Positions 52,894 through 64,000 of a stretch of 64,000 nucleotides of DNA are shown here, in pieces (the stretch's first letter is position 1; each line of letters begins with the position of its first letter). The translations under genes and the position numbers were made by a program. The stretch lies in contig NYZE01000080.1 of assembly GCA_002685965.1 (NCBI GenBank), positions 12,464 through 76,463 on the forward strand, given 5' to 3'. A model generated the notes under the pieces. It saw only the letters and a list, made by a program, of their open reading frames with translations, was not told where the DNA came from and searched no databases. This stretch comes from Planctomycetota bacterium. Its GTDB lineage: Bacteria > Planctomycetota > UBA1135 > GCA-002748355.

Positions 52894-54649
52894 GTGGATC
52901 CATCCAGGACTGATCCTGATCGTCGGCGCGTGGCTCTTGCCGTTCCTCAAGGGCAACGCCAAGCGCGTCGCGATGCTCGCCGTGCCCACCGCGGCGCTGA
53001 TCGACTGTTTCCTCATGTCGGCCGGGACGCACGGCGTCGTCAGCGTGTGGGGATACGAGGTCGTGTTCGGGCGCGTCGACAGCCTGAGTCTCGTGTTCGG
53101 CTACGTGTTCTCGATCATGGCGCTCATTGGCATGGTCTACGCGCTGCACGTCGACGACAACGCCCAGCACGTCAGCGCCCTCACGTATGCCGGTGCCGCG
53201 CTCGGCGTGACGTTCGCAGGAGACTTCCTGTCTCTCTACGTCTTCTGGGAGGTGATGGCCGTGTCCTCGGCGCTCCTGGTCTGGCTGCACCGCGAGGAGG
53301 CCTCGGTCGCCGCTGGCTTCCGCTACCTGATGACGCACGTCTTCGGCGGGCTCTTGCTGCTCGCCGGCATCGTGCTCCTGTGGCGCGAGACCGGGTCGTT
53401 CGCGTTCGATGATCTGAAAGCGTTCTCGGGCAGCGCGGCGTGGTACCTGATCCTCGCTGCGTTCCTGCTCAACGCCGCGGTGCCGCCCCTGGGCGCATGG
53501 CTGCCGGACGCCTACCCCGCGGCCACGGTCACGGGCGCGGTGTTCATGACCGCGTTCACGACCAAGTCGGCAGTTTACGTCCTGATCCGTGGCTTCCCGG
53601 GCACGGAGCTCTTGATCTGGCTCGGCGCGATCATGGCGCTCTACGGCGTCGTCTACGCCGTGCTCGAGAACGATGCGCGTCGCCTGCTCGCGTACCACAT
53701 CATTAGCCAGGTCGGCTACATGGTGTGCGGCGTCGGCATCGGCACCGCGCTTGCAATCAACGGCGCGTGCGCGCACGCCTTCGCCCACATCCTCTACAAG
53801 GCGCTTCTCTTCATGGGTGCAGGTGCCGTCATGCAGGTCACCGGGCTGCGCAAGCTGAGCGACATGGGCGGGCTCTACAAGACCATGCCGCTCACGGTGT
53901 TCCTCTACATGATCGGTGCGTTCGCCATCTCGGCCGTGCCGTTGTTCAGTGGCTTCGTCAGCAAGTCCATGATCGTGTCGGCTTCGGCGGAATCGCACAT
54001 GACGGCGATCTTCCTGATGCTGACGCTCGCATCCGCCGGCACCTTCCTGCACACGGGGCTCAAGCTCCCCTACTACATGTTCTTCGGCAAGGACTCAGGA
54101 GTCCGAGCCAAGGAGCCGCCAAAGAACATGCTGGCAGCGATGGCGATCGCTGCCGTCGCGTGCACGATCATCGGCGTCTTTCCGGGACTCCTCTACCAGG
54201 CGTTGCCAAGAGCAGTGGAGTACGCCCCGTACACGCTGCAACACGTAACCGCCACGACGGGCATGCTGGGCTTCACGGCACTCGGTTTCTTTCTGCTGCT
54301 CAAGCACCTCGATCCCAAGCTCACGATCAGCCTGGACACGGATTGGATCTACCGCCGCGGCGCCGCTCTGTTGACATGGGTGGCACGGAAGCCTCTGACC
54401 GTTCTCGAGTACGGCTTCGTTGGACAGATCTATGAGTTCGTGTTTCGTCGTCCCGTGCTCGGCGCGGCGGGTCTTCTGCGCGGTTTCGACAGCTTCGTCG
54501 TCGATGGCCTCATCGTCGGCGTGGGACGGTTGACGCTGCGACTGAACCAGCTTCTGCGCACCGCGATCAGCGGCCACGCGCAGCACTACGGGTTGGTCAT
54601 GGCGGCGGGGATCCTGCTGCTCCTGGCCCTGGCATTGATCGCCGTATGA
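52883..54649 (+). CDS. nuoL: Divergent NuoL-like antiporter subunit with C-terminal lateral-helix/anchor extension
   Basis: 588 aa. The core motif is divergent (LGAWLPDAYPAATVTGAVFMTAFTTKSAVYVLIR) and a TM5-like Glu is present (FWEVMAVSSALLVW). The C-terminal ~130 aa (...DTDWIYRRGAALLTWVARKPL...FDSFVVDGLIVGVGRLTLRLNQLLRTAISGHAQHYGLVMAAGILLLLALAL) resembles the amphipathic helix plus final TM of NuoL/MrpA. Confidence 0.75.
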   Translation: MSPEWIHPGLILIVGAWLLPFLKGNAKRVAMLAVPTAALIDCFLMSAGTHGVVSVWGYEVVFGRVDSLSLVFGYVFSIMALIGMVYALHVDDNAQHVSALTYAGAALGVTFAGDFLSLYVFWEVMAVSSALLVWLHREEASVAAGFRYLMTHVFGGLLLLAGIVLLWRETGSFAFDDLKAFSGSAAWYLILAAFLLNAAVPPLGAWLPDAYPAATVTGAVFMTAFTTKSAVYVLIRGFPGTELLIWLGAIMALYGVVYAVLENDARRLLAYHIISQVGYMVCGVGIGTALAINGACAHAFAHILYKALLFMGAGAVMQVTGLRKLSDMGGLYKTMPLTVFLYMIGAFAISAVPLFSGFVSKSMIVSASAESHMTAIFLMLTLASAGTFLHTGLKLPYYMFFGKDSGVRAKEPPKNMLAAMAIAAVACTIIGVFPGLLYQALPRAVEYAPYTLQHVTATTGMLGFTALGFFLLLKHLDPKLTISLDTDWIYRRGAALLTWVARKPLTVLEYGFVGQIYEFVFRRPVLGAAGLLRGFDSFVVDGLIVGVGRLTLRLNQLLRTAISGHAQHYGLVMAAGILLLLALALIAV

Positions 54650-56112
54650 GTGACTTTCCCGTACTGACCGTCACGACCTTCCTGCCGATGGCGGGTGCAG
54701 CCCTGGTCATGCTGCTCGGTCGCGATCGGTTGGCGCGCTGGATCGCGCTCGTGACCACGCTCGCCACGCTAGGCGTCTCGGTGCCGCTCTGCCTGAGCTT
54801 CGACAAGTCCAAGAGTGCGCTGCAGTTCGTCGAGGTGCACGAGTGGATCCCGAGCTGGAACATCGCCTACGGCATGGGCGTGGACGGCATCAGCATTCCG
54901 TTCATTTTCCTCGCCGCGCTTCTGACTATCCTCTGTGTCGGCGTTTCGTGGACTGCCGTCCGCACGAGAACGAGCGAGTTCTACGCCGCGCTCCTGGTCT
55001 CCGAGACGGCGATGATCGGGCTCTTCGCAGCGTCCAACCTGTTCCTGTTCTTCGTATTCTGGGAACTCATGGTCATCCCGATGTTCCTGCTCATCGGTGT
55101 GTGGGGAGGTCCCGGGCGCGTCTACGCAGCCGTCAAGTTCCTCATCTTCACGCTCGCGGGAAGCGTGTTGATGCTTGTCGGCATGATCGTGCTGCACAAC
55201 ACGTGCGGCACGTTGGACTTCAAAGCGCTCGCGGCGGCCAAGGACAGCTTGCCGGCCGCGCACCAGGCCTGGCTCTTCGCCGCGTTCCTAGCCGCCTTTG
55301 CGGTCAAGGTGCCGATGTTCCCGGTGCACACCTGGCTGCCGAACGCGCACACCGAAGCGCCGACGGCAGGCAGCGTCATCCTGGCGGGGATCCTGCTCAA
55401 GATGGGCGCGTACGGGTTCCTGCGTGTCTCACTGCCGATCTTGCCGGAGGGCGTGCAGGCCTTCCTGCTACCGATGCTCGTCATCTCGGTCGTGGCCATC
55501 GTCTACGGCGCTTATGTGACTCTGGTGCAGACGGACATGAAGCGCCTGATCGCGTTCTCGAGCGTGAGCCACATGGGTTTCGTGACGCTTGGCATCTTCA
55601 CGCTCGAACAAAGCGGCGTCGAAGGCGCGATCCTGCAGATGATCAACCACGGGATCATCTCCGCGGCGCTGTTCTTGTGCGTCGGCATGATCTACGAGCG
55701 CACGCACACGCGCGAAATCAAGGATTACGGGGGAGTCGGCAAGGTCGCACCGATCTACGCCACCATGCTGGCGTTCTTCTGTCTCGCGTCCGCCGGCTTC
55801 CCCGGTTTGAACTCGTTCATCGGCGAGGTGCTGATCATCGGCGGTGCGTTCAAGACCCAGAGCTGGCTCGGCGCGATGGCGGTCTGGGGCGTCGCGCTCG
55901 GGACGACATACCTGGTCTGGCTCTACTACCGCGTCGTGATGGGCAAGACCAACGAGGGGCTACGAGGGCTGAAGCTTGAGCTCAACGCGCGTGAGATTGC
56001 CACGCTGGTGCCCCTCGTGGCGTTGGCTGTATGTCTCGGCCTCTATCCCGAAGTCGTGCTGTCCTATCTGCACGTGCCGGTCGCCGAACTCCTGGCGGGA
56101 GTCAAGCCATGA
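54646..56112 (+). CDS. nuoM: NADH-quinone oxidoreductase subunit M
   Basis: 488 aa. The sequence is ...WNIAYGMGVDGISIPFIFL...FFVFWELMVIPMFLLIGVWGG...PVHTWLPNAHTEAPTAGSVILAGILLKMGAYGF...FSSVSHMGF. Confidence 0.9.
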   Translation: MSDFPVLTVTTFLPMAGAALVMLLGRDRLARWIALVTTLATLGVSVPLCLSFDKSKSALQFVEVHEWIPSWNIAYGMGVDGISIPFIFLAALLTILCVGVSWTAVRTRTSEFYAALLVSETAMIGLFAASNLFLFFVFWELMVIPMFLLIGVWGGPGRVYAAVKFLIFTLAGSVLMLVGMIVLHNTCGTLDFKALAAAKDSLPAAHQAWLFAAFLAAFAVKVPMFPVHTWLPNAHTEAPTAGSVILAGILLKMGAYGFLRVSLPILPEGVQAFLLPMLVISVVAIVYGAYVTLVQTDMKRLIAFSSVSHMGFVTLGIFTLEQSGVEGAILQMINHGIISAALFLCVGMIYERTHTREIKDYGGVGKVAPIYATMLAFFCLASAGFPGLNSFIGEVLIIGGAFKTQSWLGAMAVWGVALGTTYLVWLYYRVVMGKTNEGLRGLKLELNAREIATLVPLVALAVCLGLYPEVVLSYLHVPVAELLAGVKP

Positions 56113-57557
56113 TCGGCACCGTCGTCACACAGAAGGCGAGCGGCCCGGTTCTCGATGACCTCGTCCTCGTCGTCCCGGAGCTGATCTTCGTCGGAACGGC
56201 GTTGCTGCTGATCCTGATCGCCCGGCGCATCCGCAAGACGCCGGTGGCGATCGTCCTGACCGTCGCCGCTGCCGTCGCCGCAGCACTGAGCGCTGTTTGG
56301 TTCGCCCCAGCCGAACCCACCACCGGGTTCGCCGGCATGATCACCGTGGACGGCTATGCCACGTTCTTCAGAGTGCTCATTGCCGCGACCGTGGGCATGA
56401 CGACGCTGCTCTCGGTGCGCAGCATCGTCGGCGAAGAGGTGCCACGCGGCGACTACCACGCGCTGCTCCTGCTGGCGGCAACCGGGATGATGTTCTCGGC
56501 ATCTGCGATCGATCTACTCACGTTGTATCTGGGCCTCGAGCTCACGACGCTGTGCGCAATCGTCCTGGTCGGCATCAAGGTGGACCGACCGTTGGCGAAC
56601 GAAGCCGCGATCAAATACTTTCTGCTCGCGTCCTTCGCCTCGGCGTTGCTGCTCTACGGAATCGCGCTGACCTATGGTGCAACGGGCGCCACGGACTTCG
56701 CGGGCATCGCGGCGGCGCTCTCAAAGGAAGGTCTAGCGAGCGCCCCGTTCCTGCTCGTTCCCCTCGGACTCGTGACCGCAGGGCTCGCGTTCAAGATCGC
56801 CGCCGTGCCGTTCCACGCCTGGGCGCCGGACGCCTACCAGGGTGCCTCGGCGCCGGTCGCCGCGTTCCTCGCCGCCGGCTCCAAGGCGGCGGGACTCGCC
56901 GCGCTCGGGCGCGTTTGCCTCGTGGCGTTCGGCTCTGAGACCGAGGTCCTCTCGCTCTTGCTCGCTGGGCTCGCCGCGCTCTCGATCATCGCCGGCAGCG
57001 TGCTTGCTCTGTCGCAGACCGATATGAAGCGGCTCCTCGCCTACTCCTCGATCGCGCACGCAGGCTACGCAGTCCTCGGCCTCCTGGCCGGCACCGGCGA
57101 AGGCGTCTCGGCGATGATGACCTACGCCTTCTTCTACGTGTTCATGACGCTTGGAGCATTCGGTGTCGTGATCGCTCTGGGCAAGCGCGGCGAAGAGCTC
57201 GACCGCTACCAAGGTTTGGCTTCGCAGCGCCCCGGAATGGCAGCGCTGATGCTGCTCTTCCTGTTGTCGCTGACCGGCATCCCCCCCACCGCCGGGTTCG
57301 CCGCCAAGTTCGTGATCATCCAGAGCGCCGTGCGCGCCGACCACATCGCGCTGGCGATCCTCGCCGTGGTCTGCAGTGTGATCTCTGCCTTTATCTACAT
57401 GCGCGTCGTGGTGCTCATGTACATGAAGGATCCGCAAGAGGCCGCACCATCGCGTGTTCCGATCGCCGTGACTGTGGCGATCGCGCTCGCGGCGCTGGTC
57501 ACTTTGGTTGGCGGGATCTCACCTGGCAGCCTCACTGCTTGGGCGGTGTCGCCTTGA
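56109..57557 (+). CDS. nuoN: NADH-quinone oxidoreductase subunit N
   Basis: Lies in ORF 56031..57557. The ATG at 56109 overlaps the nuoM stop (ATGA). The sequence is ...LYLGLELTTLCAIVLVG...AIKYFLLASFASALLLYG...PFHAWAPDAYQGASAPVAAFLAAGSKAAG...YSSIAHAGY. Confidence 0.88.
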   Translation: MIGTVVTQKASGPVLDDLVLVVPELIFVGTALLLILIARRIRKTPVAIVLTVAAAVAAALSAVWFAPAEPTTGFAGMITVDGYATFFRVLIAATVGMTTLLSVRSIVGEEVPRGDYHALLLLAATGMMFSASAIDLLTLYLGLELTTLCAIVLVGIKVDRPLANEAAIKYFLLASFASALLLYGIALTYGATGATDFAGIAAALSKEGLASAPFLLVPLGLVTAGLAFKIAAVPFHAWAPDAYQGASAPVAAFLAAGSKAAGLAALGRVCLVAFGSETEVLSLLLAGLAALSIIAGSVLALSQTDMKRLLAYSSIAHAGYAVLGLLAGTGEGVSAMMTYAFFYVFMTLGAFGVVIALGKRGEELDRYQGLASQRPGMAALMLLFLLSLTGIPPTAGFAAKFVIIQSAVRADHIALAILAVVCSVISAFIYMRVVVLMYMKDPQEAAPSRVPIAVTVAIALAALVTLVGGISPGSLTAWAVSP

Positions 57558-57597
57558 ACAACTCCCTGTACATTGCTGCGATCGAGGTCATGGGCTC

Positions 57598-57951
57598 ATG
57601 AGCGAGTACATCGGAGTCGCCGTCATGTTCGTCATGGCAGGAGGCATCGCTGCCTTGATGGTGTTGCTCGCTTCGACGTTGGGAAAGAAGAACCCCACAC
57701 CGGAGAAGCTCGCGCCATTCGAGTGCGGCCAGGAACCGTTCTCGCTGCCGATGGGACGGCTGGCGGTCAAGTTCTACCTCACGGCCATCCTCTTTATTCT
57801 GTTCGACGTTGAGCTCGTCTTCCTCTACCCCTGGGCCGTCGTCTTCGGCGAATTGGGAACCCTCGGGCTGATCGAGATGGGCATCTTCCTGGGCGTCCTG
57901 ATGATCGGATTCGTCTACGCGTGGGACAACGGCGCCCTGGACTGGAAGTAA
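57598..57951 (+). CDS. nuoA: NADH-quinone oxidoreductase subunit A
   Basis: Lies in ORF 57508..57951, starting at the ATG at 57598. The sequence is ...[45 protein letters not shown]. Confidence 0.9.
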   Translation: MSEYIGVAVMFVMAGGIAALMVLLASTLGKKNPTPEKLAPFECGQEPFSLPMGRLAVKFYLTAILFILFDVELVFLYPWAVVFGELGTLGLIEMGIFLGVLMIGFVYAWDNGALDWK

Positions 57952-57971
57952 CGTCCGGAGAGCATCGAAGC

Positions 57972-58472
57972 ATGGCACACGAGAACTCATTCCTGACCAG
58001 CAAGCTCAACGACGCCATCGGCTGGGCGCGAAAGTATTCGATCTTCCAGTACCCGTTCGTTACGGCGTGCTGCGGCATGGAGTACATGGCGGCTGCGTGC
58101 TCGCACTACGACGTCGATCGCTTTGGCGCCGGCCTGCCGCGGTTCTCTCCGCGCCAGGCCGACGTGCTCTTCGTCGTCGGGACGATCAGCCACAAGATCG
58201 CGCCGGTCCTGCGCACCATCTACGACCAGATGGCAGAGCCCAAGTGGGTCGTCGCGTTCGGCGTCTGCACGTGCACGGGCGGCTTCTTCGACAACTACGC
58301 AACCGTGATGGGGATCGACACGATTCTGCCAGTCGACACCTACATCCCGGGGTGTCCACCGCGTCCAGAGATGGTCCTCGACGGTCTGATGAAGCTGCAG
58401 GACAAGATCCAGCTCCAGCACTCGACCGGGCAACACCCGACCCGCGATCCCCGACCGGACTTCGACGTATGA
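57972..58472 (+). CDS. nuoB: NADH-quinone oxidoreductase subunit B
   Basis: Lies in ORF 57921..58472, starting at the ATG at 57972. The sequence is ...[15 protein letters not shown]...DRFG...[17 protein letters not shown]....[21 protein letters not shown]...[13 protein letters not shown]. Confidence 0.92.
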   Translation: MAHENSFLTSKLNDAIGWARKYSIFQYPFVTACCGMEYMAAACSHYDVDRFGAGLPRFSPRQADVLFVVGTISHKIAPVLRTIYDQMAEPKWVVAFGVCTCTGGFFDNYATVMGIDTILPVDTYIPGCPPRPEMVLDGLMKLQDKIQLQHSTGQHPTRDPRPDFDV

Positions 58473-59080
58473 ACAACTCCGGAATGATCGAGGCCGTTTC
58501 GGCGAAGTTCGCGGACGGCGTGCTGGCTTCGCACGTGTTCCGGGGCGACGCGACGGTAGTCGTCCGTCGCGAGTCGTTGTTCGACGTGGCGCGATTCGTC
58601 AAGGACGACCCAGCGCTGTCGATGAACTTTCTCATGGACCTGTCGGCTGTGGACTACTCGACTTTCGGCAAGGGTCCAACGCCCGCGTTCTTCGCGTCGT
58701 CGGGCGTGGCGGTGAAGCCGTCGACTCAGATTCCGGACGAAGATCCGTGGCCTGGGCCCGGCTACGTTTCTGAGAAGAGGGGCGCTGATCCGGAAGAGTG
58801 GCGGTTCACGGTCGTGTACCACTTCTATTCGACGACGCACAAGCACCGGCTGCGCTTGGTGGTTCCTCTCACCGAGGATGACGCCGAGGTAGACACCGTG
58901 ACATCGCTGTGGGCCGGCGCCAACTGGCTCGAGCGCGAGGCGTGGGACATGTTCGGCATCGTCTTCCGTGGGCACCCCGACCCGAGACGCATCCTCCTGT
59001 ACGCCGAGTTCGAGGGGCACCCGCTCCGCAAGGACTACCCCGTCAACAAGCGCCAGCCCCTGATCGGGCCGCTGAACTGA
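58469..59080 (+). CDS. nuoC: NADH-quinone oxidoreductase subunit C
   Basis: Lies in ORF 58067..59080. The ATG at 58469 overlaps the nuoB stop (ATGA). The sequence is ...[10 protein letters not shown]...[18 protein letters not shown]...[37 protein letters not shown]...GHPLRKDYP. Confidence 0.9.
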   Translation: MNNSGMIEAVSAKFADGVLASHVFRGDATVVVRRESLFDVARFVKDDPALSMNFLMDLSAVDYSTFGKGPTPAFFASSGVAVKPSTQIPDEDPWPGPGYVSEKRGADPEEWRFTVVYHFYSTTHKHRLRLVVPLTEDDAEVDTVTSLWAGANWLEREAWDMFGIVFRGHPDPRRILLYAEFEGHPLRKDYPVNKRQPLIGPLN

Positions 59081-59097
59081 CCCGGATCGAGGTGCCC

Positions 59098-60470
59098 ATG
59101 GAAACGACGCCAAAGCCGGAGACGATGACCGCCGAGGTCCATGCCAGTGGACTCGAGACGCGGGACATGCTGCTCAACATCGGTCCTGCGCATCCAGCGA
59201 TGCACGGGATCATCCGCATCGTCGCCAAGCTCGACGGCGAGCAGATCGAAGAGGCGGACGTCGAGATCGGCTACTTGCACCGGGGCTTCGAGAAGATGGC
59301 CGAGCAGGTCGACTACAACGGCGTGATGCCGTACACGGACCGGCTCAACTACGTCTCCCCTCTGATCAACAACGTCGGCTACTGCATGGCGGTGGAGAAG
59401 ATGCTCGGGATCACGGTTCCCGAGCGCTGCCAGTACGTCCGCGTCATCGTTTCGGAGATCTCGCGGATCACCGACCACCTCACGTGCGTCGGGGCGACCG
59501 CGATGGAGCTGGGCGCTTTCACCGTGTTCCTCTACATGATCAAAGCGCGCGAGTTCCTCTGGGAGCTCGTCGAGAAGGTCACCGGCGCGCGCCTCACCGT
59601 CTCCTACTGCCGCGTCGGAGGAGTGAAGGGTGACCTGCCCGACGACTTCGCCGAGCCGTGCAAGAAGGCCTTCGCAGAAACCCGCAAGGTCCTTGAGGAG
59701 TCGGACCAGCTGCTGACCCGCAACCGCATCTTCACCGACCGCATGGCTGGCACCGGTGTGATCTCTGCCGAGGACGCGATCTCGTACGGCATCACGGGTC
59801 CATTCCTGCGCGCCACCGGCGCTGACTTCGACGTGCGCAAGGACTCTCCCTACGCCGTCTATGACCGGCTGGACTTCGACGTGCCGGTCGGCACGACGGG
59901 CGACAACATGGATCGCTATCTCGTCCGCATGGAGGAGATGCAGCAGTCCATGAAGATCGTCGAGCAAGCGCTGCGCGACATGCCGCCTGGTCCGGTGCTG
60001 GTCAACCCGGAGACGGGGCGAGAGATTCCCGCGGCGGAGATGGTCGACCTCGCCAAGATGGGTGACATCAATGCCTTCTCGGGTGGATGCGCGGTCGCCG
60101 GTCCGACGCTCGAGGGCTCGGGTCGCGCGCATCAGCCATCCATAGCCACCGACGAGAAGCGCGTCTTCCTGCCGGCCAAGGAAGACGCTTACGGCAACAT
60201 CGAAGGGCTCATGAACCAGTTCAAGCTGGTCATGTTCGGCCATGGCATTCGCCCTCCGAACGGAGAGGTCTACTTCCCGGTGGAAGGCGCCAACGGCGAG
60301 CTCGGGTTCTATGTCGTCAGCGACGGAGCGGCGCACGCGTATCGCGTCCGGGTGCGGCCGCCATGTTTCGCGATCATGTCGGCGCTTGAGCACATGCTCA
60401 CAGGCGACATGATCGCCGACATGATCCCGACCTTCGGTTCAGTCAACATGATCGGCGGGGAGCTCGACAG

Positions 60471-60474
<4 letters not shown>
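59098..60474 (+). CDS. nuoD: NADH-quinone oxidoreductase subunit D
   Basis: Lies in ORF 58909..60474, starting at the ATG at 59098. The sequence is ...MLLNIGPAHPAMHGIIRIVAKLDGEQIEEADVEIGYLHRGFEKMAE...TDRLNYVSP..NN.GY...GEVYFPVEGANGELGFYVVSDG...YRVRVRPPCF. Confidence 0.92.
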
Positions 60475-62260
<1,786 letters not shown>

Positions 62261-62273
<13 letters not shown>

Positions 62274-63850
62274 CCATCGACGGCCGCGAGATCGAAGTCG
62301 CCCAGGGATCCACGGTCATCCAGGCGGCGGAGCAGCTCGGCATCTTCGTTCCGCGATACTGCTACCACTCGGGACTGTCGATCGCCGGCAACTGCCGTAT
62401 CTGTCTGATCGAAGTCGAGAAGTTCCCCAAGCTGCAGATCGCCTGCAACACGCCGGTCGGCGAGGGCATGGTCGTGCACACCAAGGGCGATAACGTCGAG
62501 GACGGCCGCCGCGCGGTGCTCGAGTTCCTCCTCGCCAACCACCCGCTCGATTGTCCGGTTTGCGATCAGTCCGGTGAGTGTGACCTGCAGAACTTCTATC
62601 TGAACTTCGGGCTCTACGATCCGCGGTTCCGCGAGCACAAGGTCAAGAAAAACAAGGCCGTCGAGCTCGGGCCGCACGTCATGCTCGATCAGGAGCGCTG
62701 CATCCTCTGCTCGCGTTGCGTGCGCTTCACGGACGAGATCACCAAGACCGGCGAGTTCGGCATCTTCAACCGCGGTGACAAGGCCGAGCTCGGAATCTAC
62801 CCGGACGACGTGCTCGACAATGCGTATTCGGCCAATGTCGTCGACATCTGTCCCGTTGGCGCTCTGACCGAGCGTGACTTCCGTTTCAAGGCCAGGGTGT
62901 GGTACCTGTCGAGCACGCCGACGGTGTGCAATGGTTGCAGTAAGGGCTGCAACATCGACATGCACTACGTGCTCGACCGACCGCACCTGAACGACGGCGC
63001 ACGCATGGTGCGGGTCAAGCCGCGCTACAACGCGAACGTCAACGAGTGGTGGCTGTGTGACGAAGGGCGCTACGGCCTCGGCTGGATCGACAAGGATCGA
63101 CTGACCAGCGTGCGCGGGCCGTCCGCGGATGCGACCTGGGACGACGCACTGTCTTCGATCTCGATTGCTCTGAAACAGAGCGGAGCGCGGATCGGCGTGA
63201 TCGCGTCGGCTCAGCTCACCAACGAGGAGCTCTTCCTCGTTCGGCAGGTCTTCGGCAAGGGTCTCGGCGCCCAGGTCAGCGCTGCCGTGCCGGAGCAACC
63301 CGGAACGAGCGACGACTTCCTGATCAAGGCCGACAAGAACCCGAATACAGCGGGCGCGACGCTCATGGGCCTGGCCGGCGACGGTGCGTCTGATGCGTCA
63401 CAGATCGTCGACGATGCGTGCGCCGGCAAGCTCGACGCGCTTTGGGTGTTCGGGCACGACCTCGCAGCGCTGTTCGGTGAGGAGAAGGCCCGCCAAGCCG
63501 CGGACAAGGTGAGCCTCCTCGTCTACTCGGGAACGAACGAGAACCCGACCGCAGCTCTGGCCCATTGGGTTCTGCCGAGCGCTGCCTACGTCGAGAAGGA
63601 CGGCACGTTCGTCAGCTGCGATGGCCATGTGCAACGCATCGGTTTCGCCTTCGCCCCACTGGCGGACTCGCGTGAGGACTGGCGCCTGCTCCTGCAACTC
63701 GCCGAGAAGCTGGAGCAGCCGTTCGAGTTGCGTGCGCCGCAGGACATCTTCAAGGCGCTCACTGAGGCGGAGGCGGCGTTTGCCGGCTTGACCTATGCGA
63801 CGATCGGGACGCATGGCGTTGGGCTCGCGACGGAGGCGGCCGCCCCATGA
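62261..63850 (+). CDS. nuoG: NADH-quinone oxidoreductase subunit G (short form)
   Basis: 529 aa. The sequence is MPKLTIDGREIEV...PRYCYHSGLSIAGNCRICLIEV...HPLDCPVCDQSGECDLQ...CILCSRCVRF...VDICPVGAL. It overlaps the end of nuoEF by 13 nt. Confidence 0.9.
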
Positions 63851-64000
63851 CCGAGCTCCTGATCACGAAGGTCATCCTCGCCGGCTTCGTCGTTTTCGCG
63901 GTGCTGAACCTCGCAGGGCTCCACACCTGGGTGGAGCGCAAGCAATCCGCCCTGATCCAGGATCGGATCGGCGCCAACCGCGCCAGCATCTTCGGCTTCC
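63847..64000 (+). CDS. nuoH: NADH-quinone oxidoreductase subunit H (5' part; continues beyond the window)
   Basis: The ATG at 63847 overlaps the nuoG stop (ATGA). The product MTELLITKVILAGFVVFAVLNLAGLHTWVERKQSALIQDRIGANRASIFGF is a typical NuoH N-terminus (..ERK..a..Q.R.GPN). Confidence 0.85.
   Translation, partial: MTELLITKVILAGFVVFAVLNLAGLHTWVERKQSALIQDRIGANRASIFGF

Noticed and set aside
51161-54649. Interpreting the three ORFs between nuoK and nuoM as a nuoL gene broken by frameshifts.
   Set aside because: The 491-aa and 588-aa products each contain a complete antiporter-type core with its own central motif, together far longer than one NuoL. The junctions are clean GTGA or short overlaps typical of this genome's coupled genes, not frame disruptions.

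Overview
This is a GC-rich bacterial chromosomal segment that is almost entirely coding. I support about 55 protein-coding genes. I found no rRNA, tRNA, CRISPR array, transposase or integrase. Many adjacent genes are joined by 4-nt ATGA or GTGA stop/start overlaps, and GTG/TTG starts are common. The high GC also produces many long antisense shadow ORFs in the six-frame track, which I did not call.

Content from left to right:
- Topoisomerase VI subunit B (partial) and mqnA.
- A 1193-aa FG-GAP repeat lipoprotein.
- A 2-Cys peroxiredoxin whose catalytic Cys codon is an in-frame TGA, so it is probably a selenoprotein that the ORF track splits.
- A CPA1 cation/proton antiporter with an RCK domain.
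- A secreted M14 carboxypeptidase.
- An ECF sigma / anti-sigma pair.
- A polysaccharide-export SLBB gene remnant, a small Fis-type HTH regulator and a GT9 glycosyltransferase.
- An M1 peptidase coupled to a polytopic membrane protein.
- prfB with its programmed +1 frameshift, followed by purH.
- etfBA, an Amidase_2 lipoprotein and folD.
- Two tandem SPFH proteins.
- A thiolase, a domain-swapped fused aconitase-family dehydratase and a tartrate-dehydrogenase-like enzyme.
- A secreted RGG-repeat protein encoded by a 12-nt tandem repeat.
- hutH.
- A three-gene phosphoesterase operon.
- A fully overlap-coupled hemA-hemCD-hemB-hemL-hemE-hemN operon.
- A Kelch-repeat protein.
- A complex I (nuo) locus that runs to the window end.

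The most unusual feature is the nuo locus. Its gene order is cyclically permuted (J-K-...-M-N-A-B-C-D-EF-G-H). nuoE and nuoF are fused. In place of a single nuoL there is a three-gene module: an MrpD-like subunit, a small 2-TM protein, and a divergent NuoL-like subunit with a lateral-helix tail. This predicts a membrane arm with four antiporter-type subunits.

All functional calls come from motif recognition in the translations. No database search was run.
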